The notes beneath the pieces were generated by a model. It ran no database searches. It was not told the origin of the DNA and was given only the letters and a program-made list of their open reading frames with translations. Shown here piece after piece: positions 20,336-28,598 of a stretch of DNA of 35,519 nucleotides (within the stretch, counting starts at the first letter, position 1; every line of letters starts with the position of its first letter). Source of the stretch: an uncultured Fidelibacterota bacterium (GTDB lineage Bacteria; Fidelibacterota; Marinisomatia; Marinisomatales; UBA1611). The position numbers and the translations under genes were made by a program. The stretch lies in contig CAJWHW010000023.1 of assembly GCA_913040915.1 (NCBI GenBank), positions 1 through 35,519 on the forward strand, in the 5' to 3' direction.

Positions 20336-20854
20336 CTAGAGGTAAAGCATCATATAGATTACTACACCTGAAAAAGAAACATAGATCCAGATTGGAAAAG
20401 TTATTCTAGCAATTTTGCGATGACGAGTTATCTGATTTGTCCATCCCCTGTACAACGTAAATAAAGCCAATGGTATAATAATTGCAGCAAGAATAATATG
20501 GGAAATTAAAATAAAATAGTACATTATTGAAAAATTGCCTGAATAAAGCTTAGGCCCACTCTTGAACCAATGATATATAATATAAGTCACTAAAAATAAA
20601 GTCGATGTGCCGAAGGATGTAAGCATGATATTTCGGTGTAATTCTCTCTTTTTCTTTTTGATTAGTATAAACCCATAAATCAATAGAAGTGTCGTTATAG
20701 CATTTATTGTTGCATTCACGAATGGTAGCATAGAAACATCAATAGACCCCTCAATACCATCTGGCCTTGGTCCCAGAATAAGAAAAGCCACAGCCAAACT
20801 GATTACGACCGAAACAATATAAATAATTCTCGACCAGAATGAATCTTTGTTCAT
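20336..20854 (-). CDS. DUF420 membrane protein
   Basis: LPFVNATIN, HRNIM, FLVTY..YH, ILISHIILA, HRKIARITFPIWIYVS and GVVIY; lies next to ctaB and SCO. Confidence 0.88.
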   Translation of the reverse strand: MNKDSFWSRIIYIVSVVISLAVAFLILGPRPDGIEGSIDVSMLPFVNATINAITTLLLIYGFILIKKKKRELHRNIMLTSFGTSTLFLVTYIIYHWFKSGPKLYSGNFSIMYYFILISHIILAAIIIPLALFTLYRGWTNQITRHRKIARITFPIWIYVSFSGVVIYMMLYL

Positions 20855-20855
20855 A

Positions 20856-21737
20856 TTAAATTATTTTGTCTAGGATAATCATAGCAAAAAGCGCAGGAAG
20901 ATATATCACTGAAGTTTTTAATAACAATTTTGCATTTTCTAATGAATAATTTTTAACTAAAGGAAACCCTGAAATAAAATAAGCAACACTTAGAATTAAT
21001 GCTCCCCAAAAGTAACTAATGCCCAGAATTCCAATATAGGATGGTACAACCGAAACGGGAATCAATAATAGTGAATGCCATATGATCTGGCGGTTTGTTC
21101 TTTTACCATCACTTTCTAAAACTGGTAGCATTTCCAAATTAGCCTTGGCATAATCTTCTTTACACATGAATGCAATTGCATAAAAATGAGGATGCTGCCA
21201 TAAAAAAAGAATTGCAAATAAAATCCAAGCTTCGGGCGCAAGAGAACCAGTAGCTGCAACCCAGCCACCTAGGGGTGGTATAGCCCCCGGTATTGCTCCA
21301 ATAGATGTATTAAGCCAGGTCAGCTTTTTCAATGGTGTATAGATAAATAGATAAAGCAATGCTGTAATTAAACCCAGAATCGCGGTGAATTGATTTATAA
21401 AACTATATAAAATAAGTGTTCCGGAGAGGATAAGAGAAATTCCAAAGACTAAAGCCATTTCTTCATCTACCATCCCCGTTGGTATAGGCCTAGATTTGGT
21501 ACGATTCATTAATTGATCAGTCTCCTTTTCAGCATAATGATTCAATGCACCTGCTCCAGATGAAACTAATCCTGAACCGATTAGGGTCAATAGAAATTCC
21601 CTTAGTTTGTCTAAATTACCTGCACCTAAATAAAAACCTAATGCAGTAGAAACAAGAATTAAAAATGTAATGTTAGGCTTTGTCAGTTCAATGTAAGCAC
21701 CAAGCAACGATTGGGCTTTTGGAGGTTGCCGTCTCAT
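20856..21737 (-). CDS. ctaB: Protoheme IX farnesyltransferase (heme O synthase)
   Basis: LTKP, N...E...D..M.RT..RP, YTPLKK, GAIPGAIPPLGGW, WQHPHF and DYAKA. Confidence 0.95.
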   Translation of the reverse strand: MRRQPPKAQSLLGAYIELTKPNITFLILVSTALGFYLGAGNLDKLREFLLTLIGSGLVSSGAGALNHYAEKETDQLMNRTKSRPIPTGMVDEEMALVFGISLILSGTLILYSFINQFTAILGLITALLYLFIYTPLKKLTWLNTSIGAIPGAIPPLGGWVAATGSLAPEAWILFAILFLWQHPHFYAIAFMCKEDYAKANLEMLPVLESDGKRTNRQIIWHSLLLIPVSVVPSYIGILGISYFWGALILSVAYFISGFPLVKNYSLENAKLLLKTSVIYLPALFAMIILDKII

Positions 21738-22325
21738 TTATAGTCGAATTTGTTTAACAAGGTGATTTAAATCATTTCTTAATACGGCCATACTGGCTTT
21801 TTCCGTCCCGTCATAATATTTTCGAATTTGACCATCTGCATCTATTAAAACAAATTTAATAGCATGACCTTGGGGTAATTGATCAGCATAAAGCATAAAT
21901 CCATTTTTTTTAAGATCTTTGATCGCCTCTAAATCAGAAGTAAGAAACTTCCAACGATCATCACGGACACCATGAGCAATCGCATATTGTCTCAGAATTT
22001 CCTGATTGTCAATTAACGGATCAACTGTAATGGAAACAAATTGTACTTCAGATACATTTTTATAGTCTTCATACATATCTTTCATGTTACTTGTCATCAT
22101 TGGACACGGTCCAGCACAACTGGTGAAAATAAAATCCAGAACAGTAGCTTTTTTTATTAAATTTTGTTCAGAAAACTTTTCGCCATTTTGTGTCAAAAAA
22201 GAAAAGGATGGCACCTTTTTTATTACAGGTAAATCATAAGAATTTTTCGCTTTTTGGATGACCCAATTTGCACTAAAAGCAAGTAGGGCGAAGCTAACTA
22301 TTATATATATTATATTTTTATTCAT
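21738..22325 (-). CDS. SCO1/SenC copper chaperone
   Basis: FIFTSCAGPCP (CxxxC), SITVDP..D and a conserved His. Start moved to ATG 22325, which forms an ATGA overlap with the ctaA stop and precedes a TM anchor. Confidence 0.9.
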   Translation of the reverse strand: MNKNIIYIIVSFALLAFSANWVIQKAKNSYDLPVIKKVPSFSFLTQNGEKFSEQNLIKKATVLDFIFTSCAGPCPMMTSNMKDMYEDYKNVSEVQFVSITVDPLIDNQEILRQYAIAHGVRDDRWKFLTSDLEAIKDLKKNGFMLYADQLPQGHAIKFVLIDADGQIRKYYDGTEKASMAVLRNDLNHLVKQIRL

Positions 22326-23251
22326 ATTATTACCTGTGTTTTTTTCCAGGCCATATATTGAATCATCACTAGTCCTAAGATCCATGATGCAATCCATAAG
22401 TGAAATAGTTGAATCAATGGAATAACTTCCAAAAACACCAGAAGTTCACCCGAGATGATTTGGGCCAACATCAAAATCATGATTCCATGTGTTGCAAATA
22501 ATATTATTTTTGATGGATTTTCAGATTTTTTTACAAAGATAACCCAAAAATAACCAGCAATTCCTGTAATGATAAATCCTAGTATGGAATGAATGTATTT
22601 AAATGGCCCCAACATCTGTAAAAGAAACTTTGAATCAATCATTGGATTCTCTTTACGCATCATTTCTAATCCTCCCCTAATCTCAGTTCCAAGCATTACC
22701 TCAATTAATAATGACACTATTAAGATTCTAAAAAGCCATTCAAGATTTTTAGGATAATTACCTGATCTCTCTGATTCATAATAATCCAAATAGTAAGCTT
22801 CCTGGGATGCATAAAGTAAAAGCATTACAATGATTAGGGCTAAAAGCAAATGGAGGGTAATTGTAACTGGATTTAGAATTGTATCAACCAATATTGCACC
22901 TAACCATCCTTCAACGAGTGTAAGTAAAAATGCCGCTAAAACACTAAACTTTATCCGCTTAACATAATAATAATGCTTAAAAGCTAGAAAAACAGTTATG
23001 GTGATCGCTATGCCAACTAATCCGCCAAAAAGTCGATTGCTATATTCAATCCAGGCCAATACAACATTAAACTGATCTTGAAATTCTAAAGGAACTTGAT
23101 CCAAACTTGTTGGAGGAATCCAACTATCAAAACATTTAGGCCAATCCGGGCATCCCATCCCCGCTCCTGCAACACGAACTAAACCACCAATAAAGATTAG
23201 TAAATAAGTCATCAAAGTGGTAATAATAGAAAAACGTCTAAAAGTATTCAT
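22322..23251 (-). CDS. ctaA: Heme A synthase (COX15/CtaA)
   Basis: GGLVRVAGAGMGCPDWPKC, WIEYSNR, LHLLLA, IHS and LFHL; about 8 TM helices. Confidence 0.9.
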   Translation of the reverse strand: MNTFRRFSIITTLMTYLLIFIGGLVRVAGAGMGCPDWPKCFDSWIPPTSLDQVPLEFQDQFNVVLAWIEYSNRLFGGLVGIAITITVFLAFKHYYYVKRIKFSVLAAFLLTLVEGWLGAILVDTILNPVTITLHLLLALIIVMLLLYASQEAYYLDYYESERSGNYPKNLEWLFRILIVSLLIEVMLGTEIRGGLEMMRKENPMIDSKFLLQMLGPFKYIHSILGFIITGIAGYFWVIFVKKSENPSKIILFATHGIMILMLAQIISGELLVFLEVIPLIQLFHLWIASWILGLVMIQYMAWKKTQVII

Positions 23252-23397
23252 AAAAAGCCGGAAAAATTAGAACAATTTTTCATATACTGATGAAACTTTT
23301 CCTCTTAAAATGAACATACATATGATTAAGTTTTGGATTGAATATTGAGCAAATTTTATTCTTTCAGCTAATATATTATTATCAAGGCTAATTTTAC

Positions 23398-24699
23398 ATG
23401 ATATTAAACCGGATTGAGTTGGGAACTTCTTGTACGGTTCGGGAGACTGGTGAAACCGGATCCTTAAAAAAGATTTATTTCTATCCTACAAAATATGAGA
23501 TTGAATTTACGGATGGGAATATTAAGCATTTTTCGTCAAAGGATTTGGATTTTGAAGGAATCCAACAACCGGAGGCAATACTTCAAAATCCTGCCATCCC
23601 ATATAATGGGATTGGAGAGCAATGGACAACCTGGTCTCCCTTTTCTGGAGAAAGTATTGTAAAGCATCATTTTTCTACAACAAAAGAAATCATGTGGAAA
23701 ATGCTTACATCTATCGATATGTACAATGTTTGGTTCCACGGCATACAGAGGGCGCTACCAATAGTCGATATTGAACGGTATGTACATCGTTATTCATTTA
23801 CACATTTCAGGCTTGAACCAGGTGCTTTTTTTAAAATTAGACCAAAAACAATCGCACCATATTTCAATTGTCGAATCATGTCTTTAGAAAAAGAAAAAAA
23901 ATTCGGTTTTACTTTTAAAACGACACCTATTACTTCTGAATATATTCAATTTACTATTGATGAAACAGAGCAAGGTGTTTGGGTTACATGCAGGCGTACT
24001 TCTGAAGGACTTTTTTCTCTTCTAACCCAATTTAACTGGCAAAATAAATCAATAATTCTTCAAAAGTTGGATTCAATTACTCCCAAAGTTGATTTTGGAA
24101 AAGACGAGAAAGATGAAGATTCGGGTGTTGCTGATGCTAATCAATTTGGTGGTTTTTTATCTAGACAAGATTATATCGATTATGCCATAAATATGGGGAT
24201 GGAAGGAAACTTGGATTTTGTGGATAGTATCCCAGAAAAACCTATCCGCGGTATGGCAAAAGCAGGGATCGTTAAGGCTAAACGTACAGGTAAACTTCCT
24301 GCAAAACCTGAAAAGTCTGAAGATGGCGCATCTCCTACTCCCAGTGGTAATGGCCTAGCTGTTTTATCTGGAGATGATTTAATTGCATTTTTGGTTAATA
24401 AAGGTTTGGACGGTGACATGGACGCTGTCAATGCCCATGATAATAAGATCCAGCGCGGCAAAGCAAAAGCCATGATTGTAAAAATAAAGCGTGGAGCAAT
24501 CGATCGGCCACCAATGCCTGAGATCCCTGAAGACACCGCAATTTTAGAAGATAAAGATGAAACAGAAGAACAAATGATAAAACGATTGGTTGCCAAAGGA
24601 TCAGAAGGTGATATGGATGAAATCAATGCACTTGAAAACAAAGTATTGCGTGGGAGAATAAAGGCAGCAATTGTTAAAGCAAAGCGGGCAGCAAAATAG
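23398..24699 (+). CDS. Hypothetical protein: small N-terminal beta domain + SRPBCC/START-like domain + three C-terminal ~40-aa repeats
   Basis: Long ORF. FSTTKEIMWKMLTSIDMYNVWFHG resembles the SRPBCC N-terminus. The internal repeats are visible directly. Confidence 0.7.
   Translation: MILNRIELGTSCTVRETGETGSLKKIYFYPTKYEIEFTDGNIKHFSSKDLDFEGIQQPEAILQNPAIPYNGIGEQWTTWSPFSGESIVKHHFSTTKEIMWKMLTSIDMYNVWFHGIQRALPIVDIERYVHRYSFTHFRLEPGAFFKIRPKTIAPYFNCRIMSLEKEKKFGFTFKTTPITSEYIQFTIDETEQGVWVTCRRTSEGLFSLLTQFNWQNKSIILQKLDSITPKVDFGKDEKDEDSGVADANQFGGFLSRQDYIDYAINMGMEGNLDFVDSIPEKPIRGMAKAGIVKAKRTGKLPAKPEKSEDGASPTPSGNGLAVLSGDDLIAFLVNKGLDGDMDAVNAHDNKIQRGKAKAMIVKIKRGAIDRPPMPEIPEDTAILEDKDETEEQMIKRLVAKGSEGDMDEINALENKVLRGRIKAAIVKAKRAAK
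24169..24696 (+). repeat. Three copies of a ~40-aa protein repeat
   Basis: DYIDYAINMGMEGNLDFVDSIPEKPIRGMAKAGIVKAKRTG / DLIAFLVNKGLDGDMDAVNAHDNKIQRGKAKAMIVKIKRGA / QMIKRLVAKGSEGDMDEINALENKVLRGRIKAAIVKAKRAA. Confidence 0.85.
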
Positions 24700-24806
24700 T
24701 GTCGGGAACACCAAAAGCAACCCTGACCAAAACACAGGTTATTTCAATGATTGTATGTACACTTTTATTATTGATATATGTAACAATGGTAACATGGGTA
24801 TTCTAA
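24699..24806 (+). CDS. Small single-TM protein (35 aa)
   Basis: The GTG start overlaps the upstream TAG. Product MSGTPKATLTKTQVISMIVCTLLLLIYVTMVTWVF*. Confidence 0.55.
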   Translation: MSGTPKATLTKTQVISMIVCTLLLLIYVTMVTWVF

Positions 24807-24809
24807 AAA

Positions 24810-24959
24810 ATGATGGAATGGCTCACATTAGATTGGCTCATGAGCAACCTAGAATGGGCTGTAGGAATCCTTATTGTTGGTATAATAATTTTATTTTTCT
24901 TCCCAATTCTATTGGGATGGCAATTAAAAAATGATGCTAAGACAAATGATGAGGTTTAA
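24810..24959 (+). CDS. Small single-TM protein (49 aa)
   Basis: ATG lies 3 nt after the previous stop. Product MMEWLTLDWLMSNLEWAVGILIVGIIILFFFPILLGWQLKNDAKTNDEV*. Confidence 0.65.
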   Translation: MMEWLTLDWLMSNLEWAVGILIVGIIILFFFPILLGWQLKNDAKTNDEV

Positions 24960-24962
24960 TTC

Positions 24963-25124
24963 TTGGACGCTTTACCACTTATATCAATCTTGGTAATAGT
25001 ATTTGCGATGATATTAATTACTGAAATGATGAGGCTTAAAAGAGATGTTAGAAAATTATCCAGACTAACTAGGAACTTGAGGAAAGATATAGATCTACTA
25101 AAATCGGATTTAAATGATAAATAA
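24963..25124 (+). CDS. Small single-TM + coiled-coil protein (53 aa)
   Basis: GAGGT SD at 24951-24955 and TTG start. Product MDALPLISILVIVFAMILITEMMRLKRDVRKLSRLTRNLRKDIDLLKSDLNDK*. Confidence 0.65.
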   Translation: MDALPLISILVIVFAMILITEMMRLKRDVRKLSRLTRNLRKDIDLLKSDLNDK

Positions 25125-25186
25125 TTCAACTATTAGCTTTGACCTTATAAAGGTTTATTAAATAAATTTCCTGCTAACTTTTTATT

Positions 25187-26074
25187 ATGGAGAAAACAAT
25201 TCCTACAGATACAGAGAACAAAAAAAACGAATCGAGCCGGATTTATACGCTCTACTATTCATTTTTTTTAATTCCTTTTATGATTGCAGTTTTTGGAGCT
25301 GTTTTTTTCCTTCTTTTCAGATTTATTACTTACGAGACTACTGACGCTTCTGAATTATTAAACCAGGTAAAAATCGGTTCCAAAACCAAAAGATGGCAAT
25401 CAGCATATGAGCTTTCAAAAGTATTAAATAATCCTGAAACTATTCCCCAGGATCTTGGATTTAAAAACCAGATGATAACATCATATAAACATGCTATTAA
25501 TGATGACCCTTTAGTTCGTGCATATCTAGCAATTGCAATGGGTGCAACAGGTGATGAATTCTACTCAGATGAACTTGTCAATGGGATGAAAGATGAAGCT
25601 CGCGAATCTCGCCTAGCTGCAATCCAAGCAGTTGGTTTAGTAAAATCAGAAAATGCTGTTTCAGGTCTTATCCAGATTATAGAAAAATCTGACTATCAAG
25701 ATGAAAGACTTGCCGCTACTATGTCATTAGGTTTTATTGGCAATGCCCGATCTATTCCAATTCTAAATAAATTACTAGAAGATGATGAACCAAACATAAG
25801 GTGGGATGCAGCTATTGCTCTTGCAAAAATGGGACAAATAAATTCAGCAACGATAATTGAAAATTTAATGGATCGTGAATACTTAAATACATTTCCAGAG
25901 CTGGATCCAAATGAAATTAATAAAGTGATTCTGACTGCTATTGAAACTTCAACATTAATTGAAAATGTTCGTTTTGAACCTAAATTGGTTATGCTCGCTA
26001 AATTTGATGAGAGTTTAAAAGTAAGGGATGCAGCAATAAAAACATTGAAAAAATCATATAATAGGATTATTTAG
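25187..26074 (+). CDS. Membrane-anchored HEAT-repeat protein
   Basis: N-terminal TM followed by repeats DPLVRAYLAIAMG, ESRLAAIQAVG, ERLAATMSLG, PNIRWDAAIALA and KVRDAA. Confidence 0.85.
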   Translation: MEKTIPTDTENKKNESSRIYTLYYSFFLIPFMIAVFGAVFFLLFRFITYETTDASELLNQVKIGSKTKRWQSAYELSKVLNNPETIPQDLGFKNQMITSYKHAINDDPLVRAYLAIAMGATGDEFYSDELVNGMKDEARESRLAAIQAVGLVKSENAVSGLIQIIEKSDYQDERLAATMSLGFIGNARSIPILNKLLEDDEPNIRWDAAIALAKMGQINSATIIENLMDREYLNTFPELDPNEINKVILTAIETSTLIENVRFEPKLVMLAKFDESLKVRDAAIKTLKKSYNRII

Positions 26075-26077
26075 GAT

Positions 26078-26632
26078 ATGTCTAAAGAGAAGATCGTACC
26101 AAATGCTGCTGTTGGCTCAGGCCCTGAGAATGCATTCAAAATCTCTGAGACTGACCGGAGAGGTTTTCTTAACTGGCTGTCAGTAGGATGGTTAGCTTAT
26201 TTAGGGGTTACAGGTGGATTTTTTACGGTCATCATTCGTTTCCTTTTCCCCAATGTACTTTTTGAGCCACCCCAGACATTTAAGATTGGTTTTCCAGATG
26301 ATTTTGCAAAAAATTCTGTGGATATAAAATTTAAAAAATCTAATAACGCATGGATTGTTAGAGATGAGGAAACCATATTTGCATTATCTACCGTTTGCAC
26401 TCATCTGGGCTGTACTCCAAACTGGTTACCTGTAGAATCAAAATTTAAATGTCCATGCCATGGAAGTGGTTTCAGAATGACAGGAATTCATTTTGAAGGG
26501 CCTGCTCCAAGACCACTTGAAAGGTTTAAAATCGGGCTTGCCAATGATGGGCAAATTCTTGTTGATAAAACCAAAAGCTTCAAGTGGGAAAAAGGCGAGT
26601 GGGAAAATCCTGAGTCTTTCTTAAAAGTTTAA
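26078..26632 (+). CDS. qcrA: Rieske 2Fe-2S subunit of a Rieske/cytochrome b complex
   Basis: Tat-like DRRGFL + TM helix; CTHLGC and CPCHGS boxes; GPAPRPL. Confidence 0.95.
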   Translation: MSKEKIVPNAAVGSGPENAFKISETDRRGFLNWLSVGWLAYLGVTGGFFTVIIRFLFPNVLFEPPQTFKIGFPDDFAKNSVDIKFKKSNNAWIVRDEETIFALSTVCTHLGCTPNWLPVESKFKCPCHGSGFRMTGIHFEGPAPRPLERFKIGLANDGQILVDKTKSFKWEKGEWENPESFLKV

Positions 26633-26662
26633 TCTAATATTCAATAAAATTATTTAATAAAA

Positions 26663-27457
26663 ATGGCTGAAAAACAAAATAAAAAATCACTACTACAGAG
26701 TCTTGGTGAGTCTCAAGTTTGGAAATCAATTATTAGATCAGGTATTCCTCATACTCGTAGGCAAAGAATGCATGCAATTCTTGGTAGTGTTTTCCTCCAC
26801 CTCCATCCAGCTCGTTTACCAAAACATGCTGTTAAAGTAGGCTATACATGGTGTATGGGTGGTCTTTCCTTTTTTCTTTTTGTGAATTTAACGATTACCG
26901 GTATCCTGTTAATGTTCTATTACCGGCCTACGGTTGAATACGCATATACAGATATTATCGATTTAACAGAACAAGTTCCTTTGGGAATTATGAGAGAGCT
27001 TCACCGTTGGGCTGCTCATGCTATGGTTCTTGTTGTATGGCTACATATGCTCCGTGTATTTATGACTGGTTCGTACAAGCCACCAAGAGAATTTAACTGG
27101 GGTGTTGGTGTATTACTCATGACCATGACTATGTTTTTGTCATTTACTGGTTATCTACTTCCGTGGGATCAATTAGCAATTTGGGCAGTGACAGTAGGAT
27201 CCAACATGGCCAGAGCACACCCATTTATTGGGCATGAAGGACCAGGTGCCAGTCTTTTAGCGATTGGAGATATTAATTTGGTTCATATTGGATCTGATGT
27301 GCGTTTCGCACTTATTGGAGGTCGATTTGTAGGTGAAGCTACTCTGTTAAGGTTTTACGTTATTCATTGCATTGCCGTTCCTTTTATTATGATGATTTTT
27401 ATGGCCATACACTTTTGGCGAATAAGGAAAGACGGCGGAATTTCAGGTCCACTTTAA
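26663..27457 (+). CDS. qcrB: Cytochrome b6-type (split, 4-TM) subunit
   Basis: WCMGG, LHRWAAH..WLH, PREFNW, TGYLLPWDQ, RFYVIH..AIH and C-terminal GISGPL. Confidence 0.93.
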   Translation: MAEKQNKKSLLQSLGESQVWKSIIRSGIPHTRRQRMHAILGSVFLHLHPARLPKHAVKVGYTWCMGGLSFFLFVNLTITGILLMFYYRPTVEYAYTDIIDLTEQVPLGIMRELHRWAAHAMVLVVWLHMLRVFMTGSYKPPREFNWGVGVLLMTMTMFLSFTGYLLPWDQLAIWAVTVGSNMARAHPFIGHEGPGASLLAIGDINLVHIGSDVRFALIGGRFVGEATLLRFYVIHCIAVPFIMMIFMAIHFWRIRKDGGISGPL

Positions 27458-27473
27458 TTTTAGGTCATTTCAG

Positions 27474-28592
27474 ATGCTAGAAACTTTTAAAAATACTGTA
27501 GATTACTTATCATCACCTACAATCAGTTTTTCTATTTTGACTGTTGTTACTCCAATACTTTTCCCACCTACTGACTGGTTTGATAAACTAAATCGCAAAC
27601 TGGGTTTTTACCTTATATGGACAAAAACAGGGTGCGCCATAGCAATGTCTATCATTACGGTATTCTTTGCGATAGGATATATGGATGAAAATTTCAGTGT
27701 AATATTGATGAAGGGTGACAATTTTCCTATTGTCCTGATGGTTTATTCTATATTCTTTTTTACATGGTTAGCTATGCACAAAGCGTATATAAATGATGAT
27801 AGAATAGAAAATGGGTTGAAACCTTCTGAATATAATGACCCGGATGATAAAGTTCTTGTATGGCCAGACCTTGTCTATATTGAGTTTATTGCACTCATTC
27901 TATTTACTGTTTTCCTGGTGGTTTGGTCAATATTAGTTGCTGCGCCTCTTGAAGAGCCTGCGAATCCTGCAGCAACACCTAATCCATCAAAAGCTCCCTG
28001 GTACTTTTTAGGCTTGCAGGAAATGCTTGTTTATTATGATCCATGGATTGCGGGAATTCTCCTTCCACTATTCTGTATTATTGGGCTTATGGCCATACCC
28101 TATATGGATATAAATAAAAAAGGAGATGGCTATTACTCTTTTAAAGAAAGACGAGTAGGAATATTTATTTTTATGTATGGTTGGATAGTTCTTTGGCTTT
28201 TCTTAATTGTCCTTGGTACATTTTTTAGGGGTCCTAATTGGAATTTTTATGGACCATTTGAATATTGGGATTCTCATAAAGTTGTTGCTTTGAACAATGT
28301 CAATCTATCAGAATATTTTTGGGTAAAACTCTTGGGTAAAGGACTACCAGAGAACATACTTCTTAGAGAAATAATAGGCTTCATTGCTGTTGGCATATAT
28401 TTATTTATTCTTCCGATTGTTCTAGCAAAAACCTGGTTAAAGGATATGTTACAATCTTATGGACCTGTTAGATTCGTTTCTCTGATGCTCTTTGGACTGG
28501 TTATGCTTTCACTACCTCTTAAAATGTATTTCAGATGGATTTTTAACTTGAAGTATTTTATTTCTATTCCTGAATACTTTTTCAACATTTAA
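27474..28592 (+). CDS. Subunit IV-like (cytochrome b C-terminal) protein with N- and C-terminal membrane extensions
   Basis: VWPDLVYIE, APLEEPANP..TPNPSKAPWYFLGLQE (PEWY-equivalent), AIPYMD and GTFFRGPNW. Confidence 0.88.
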   Translation: MLETFKNTVDYLSSPTISFSILTVVTPILFPPTDWFDKLNRKLGFYLIWTKTGCAIAMSIITVFFAIGYMDENFSVILMKGDNFPIVLMVYSIFFFTWLAMHKAYINDDRIENGLKPSEYNDPDDKVLVWPDLVYIEFIALILFTVFLVVWSILVAAPLEEPANPAATPNPSKAPWYFLGLQEMLVYYDPWIAGILLPLFCIIGLMAIPYMDINKKGDGYYSFKERRVGIFIFMYGWIVLWLFLIVLGTFFRGPNWNFYGPFEYWDSHKVVALNNVNLSEYFWVKLLGKGLPENILLREIIGFIAVGIYLFILPIVLAKTWLKDMLQSYGPVRFVSLMLFGLVMLSLPLKMYFRWIFNLKYFISIPEYFFNI

Positions 28593-28598
28593 AATTAT

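Noticed and set aside
22326..22397. N-terminal extension of SCO in the ORF track
   Set aside because: It lies inside ctaA; the ATGA overlap at 22325 gives a normal TM-anchored SCO.
24180..24641. 153-aa antisense ORF
   Set aside because: Shadow of the repeat-containing plus-strand gene; no motif.
24671..24934. 87-aa ORF from the track (MLKQSGQQ...)
   Set aside because: It overlaps the upstream gene, has an implausible Asn/Cys-rich composition, and the region is better explained by three tiled TM microproteins in other frames.
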